Part shown: positions 61,903 through 64,000 of the stretch, one piece after another | Layout of the letters: each line of letters begins with the position of its first letter | Numbering within the stretch: position 1 is the stretch's first letter | Notes under the pieces: model-generated | Told to the model about the DNA's origin: nothing | What the model saw: only the letters and a program-made list of their open reading frames with translations | Database searches by the model: none | Made by a program: the position numbers and the translations under genes | DNA from: Zootoca vivipara | Taxonomy: Eukaryota | NCBI RefSeq assembly: GCF_963506605.1 | Contig: NC_083282.1 | Coordinates: 62,868,001-62,932,000, forward strand | Reading direction: 5' to 3' | DNA length: 64,000 nucleotides

Positions 61903-63913
61903 CTAAGAGAGACAAATGACCCTTTAACTGCTAAAGCCTTTTATCCTAAGTGAAGGAAGGGGAGGCAGCAACAGAGAGGAAGAAGGTTGAGGGGTTAGGG
62001 GCAGATTAGCCAACATGGTGCCCTTCAGTTCTTGTCGAACTCCACCTCCCATCAGTCCCACGCAGCATGGCCAAAACTCAAGGATTATGGGAGCTGCAGT
62101 TGGACACACATTTGGAGGGCAATACATTGACCTGGCCTGGATTAGGGAATTTACTCAAGGTCATGCAGATGTTCAGTGATAAAGTTGGGAACAAGGCAAT
62201 CTCTGTTCTCCCGCAAACCAGTAAAGGTTGGAGGAGCAGTAAGCAAGAGACTTACTTGCTTGGTAGCAAATTAGCTACGCTGCCCAATCTGAGGCAAAAC
62301 ATACTAACATCTGAAAGCTATAGCACAAGAACAGAGCTGGTTTCCTCCTCTCCACCACAGTGAGCTATCACAAAGCATCCCATTCTGAATGAGATTTGAG
62401 CAGTATTCAAAACTGCACCAACTGCAGTGACTTAGGCTTCATGCAGCCTGCATTTAAAAGTCGCACTTCCTTTATTCCAAACCTGACTGCAATGTCTTCC
62501 CTTCCCACCTCTAGCACCTAAGAGAGGGTGCTTATCTGAGTGCCCACACAAGACAGTTTGCAGGATGGATGGAGAAATGACTTGACATGGGTGGGCACTA
62601 CTGAAGTGTGTCTGTGCTAGGCTACAGGCAAAGCTTTGCAGGCATGGAGAGCAGGAAATGCTGGTGTGTCCAGAGCCACTGGTGCCAGCTAGAGCAGATG
62701 AGTCATGACACAGATCCAGTTTGGAGCCTGTTGCTCTAGTTGTTCTTCCTCCAGTGCTTATATGCAAGCCTGGGATAAAGGGCCAAACTCATTATGTATA
62801 ATCTCACTCCAGTTACTCCTTTTTTTCCCAGGAAAGGGTGTTTCACAATCTTGCAGGACCATACAGAGTACAGAAATGAATGGGCTAAAGAGGCAACACT
62901 GGAGATGCCTTTGGGAGGGGCGTGTGACTAGCCTCTTGATATATTTTACCACAAGAAGCTCAGTGATTACTTTGTAGCACCATGGAACTGGAGAGAAGCA
63001 GCTTCTGCAGCATCTAGATGCCCTAACTCTAACCTTTTTCTTTTCGGATGTTTTCTCTTCACTTTTGGAAAAGGACACAACTGCTTTGGATGGAATCTAT
63101 TCCCTAAAAGAGTTGGGGTTTTTGAGGGGAAACCTCCCTCCTTTGAGGGAACTCGTTCCATACTGGCTTATGTGCAGCAACACCCATTCATGCCTGCCAT
63201 GTGATTACCAGGTTTCTCAGAGGATTCTGGCCCACTTTCAAGGTTTATGCGGAGCAACAGCTAAGTTTGTTGGGCTTTTCTGTTGCCCTGTAAAAATCAA
63301 ATGTGCCCTAGAACATGTCAAACAATGCAAGAAAATAGTAAAGCTTGATGATTTTCCCATCAAGCAACTGGAACTCCAGAGTTCAAGGGGACACAGTTTG
63401 AAAGCCACCACCTGAGCTCTAAACATGCCCACTTCCTGCAGATATTTTTTTCCTATCGGTCACCCCAATCCTTTATTCTCTTTATTGGGATCCTAGGCAT
63501 GAAGTCCTCATGCCAAAGTTTTAGTAGACATAGCTCCCAAGCAAGCTATGCTCTCCCAGGTGCTGGAAGAAATATGCATCCCCTGAGCTCCACAAGCAGC
63601 CAGGAATGGGGAACCGGTGGATCTCCAGTTGTTAATGGTCTACATCTGCCACCATCCCTGATCACTGTCCAACCTGGCTGGAGGTAACATGAGCTGGAGG
63701 CCAACAACATCCAGAGGGCCACAGCTTCCCATCCCTGCTCTAAGCATTCATAGTGAGCCCACTTTGCCACAAACAAATGGTCAATATTCCAAATACTCAA
63801 ATGGTTCACAGAAGCTATACGCAGCCTGGCCATTTCTAGTAAATATACCAGCAGGTGATCCAGCAGCTATAATTATGCCCCATGAGCTAGCTCAGCCCTT
63901 GTGACTCACTCAC

Positions 63914-63958
63914 TTTTTGGCAGATTCTCCGGTTCACTGTCATACCCATTGGTTTCAC
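63914..63958 (-). CDS. DENND2C: DENND2C internal exon (GETNGYDSEPENLPK)
   Basis: CAG/GTGAGT sites; 45 nt, phase 1/1; joins the next exon as LPK-SRHKR, like recalled human GETSGNESDAEYLPKNRHKR. Confidence 0.85.
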
Positions 63959-64000
63959 CTGAAACGATAGAGAATTTCCATCAGAATTTGCCAGCTGGGT

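Noticed and set aside
62758-63415. Lys-rich ORFs as extra DENND2C exons
   Set aside because: Exons 63914-63958 and 61715-61902 already join in frame and match the recalled protein with no gap.

Overview
This is vertebrate genomic DNA, almost certainly a squamate and probably a lacertid lizard, inferred from Sauria SINE, POMSINE/Squam-type SINE and BovB repeats. It holds three minus-strand protein genes in the conserved amniote order: TRIM33 (coding exon 1 at 18906-19431 in a CpG island, with >18.9 kb of intron 1 running off the left edge), a complete 7-exon BCAS2/SPF27 (38780->28489; 678 nt, 225 aa), and the last 13 coding exons of DENND2C (63958->43527) with a ~2.9 kb putative 3'UTR. The rest is intron or intergenic DNA dense with transposons: hAT and Tc1/mariner MITEs with intact TSDs, three Helitrons, L1/L2/CR1/RTE/BovB LINE fragments and tRNA-derived SINEs. 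Points most worth a second look: (1) a ~140-bp TSD-flanked Penelope-type insert carrying a complete minimal hammerhead ribozyme motif; (2) a 989-bp Helitron with CpG-island-like cargo inside a DENND2C intron; (3) BCAS2 exons 3-4 bracketed by inverted L1 and SINE pairs, a circRNA/editing architecture; (4) a sense L1 with AATAAA abutting a weak DENND2C donor; (5) a near-identical inverted MITE pair in TRIM33 intron 1. Gene identities rest on recalled human protein sequences plus manually checked splice sites and phases. No database search was run, and I found no clearly novel protein-coding system.
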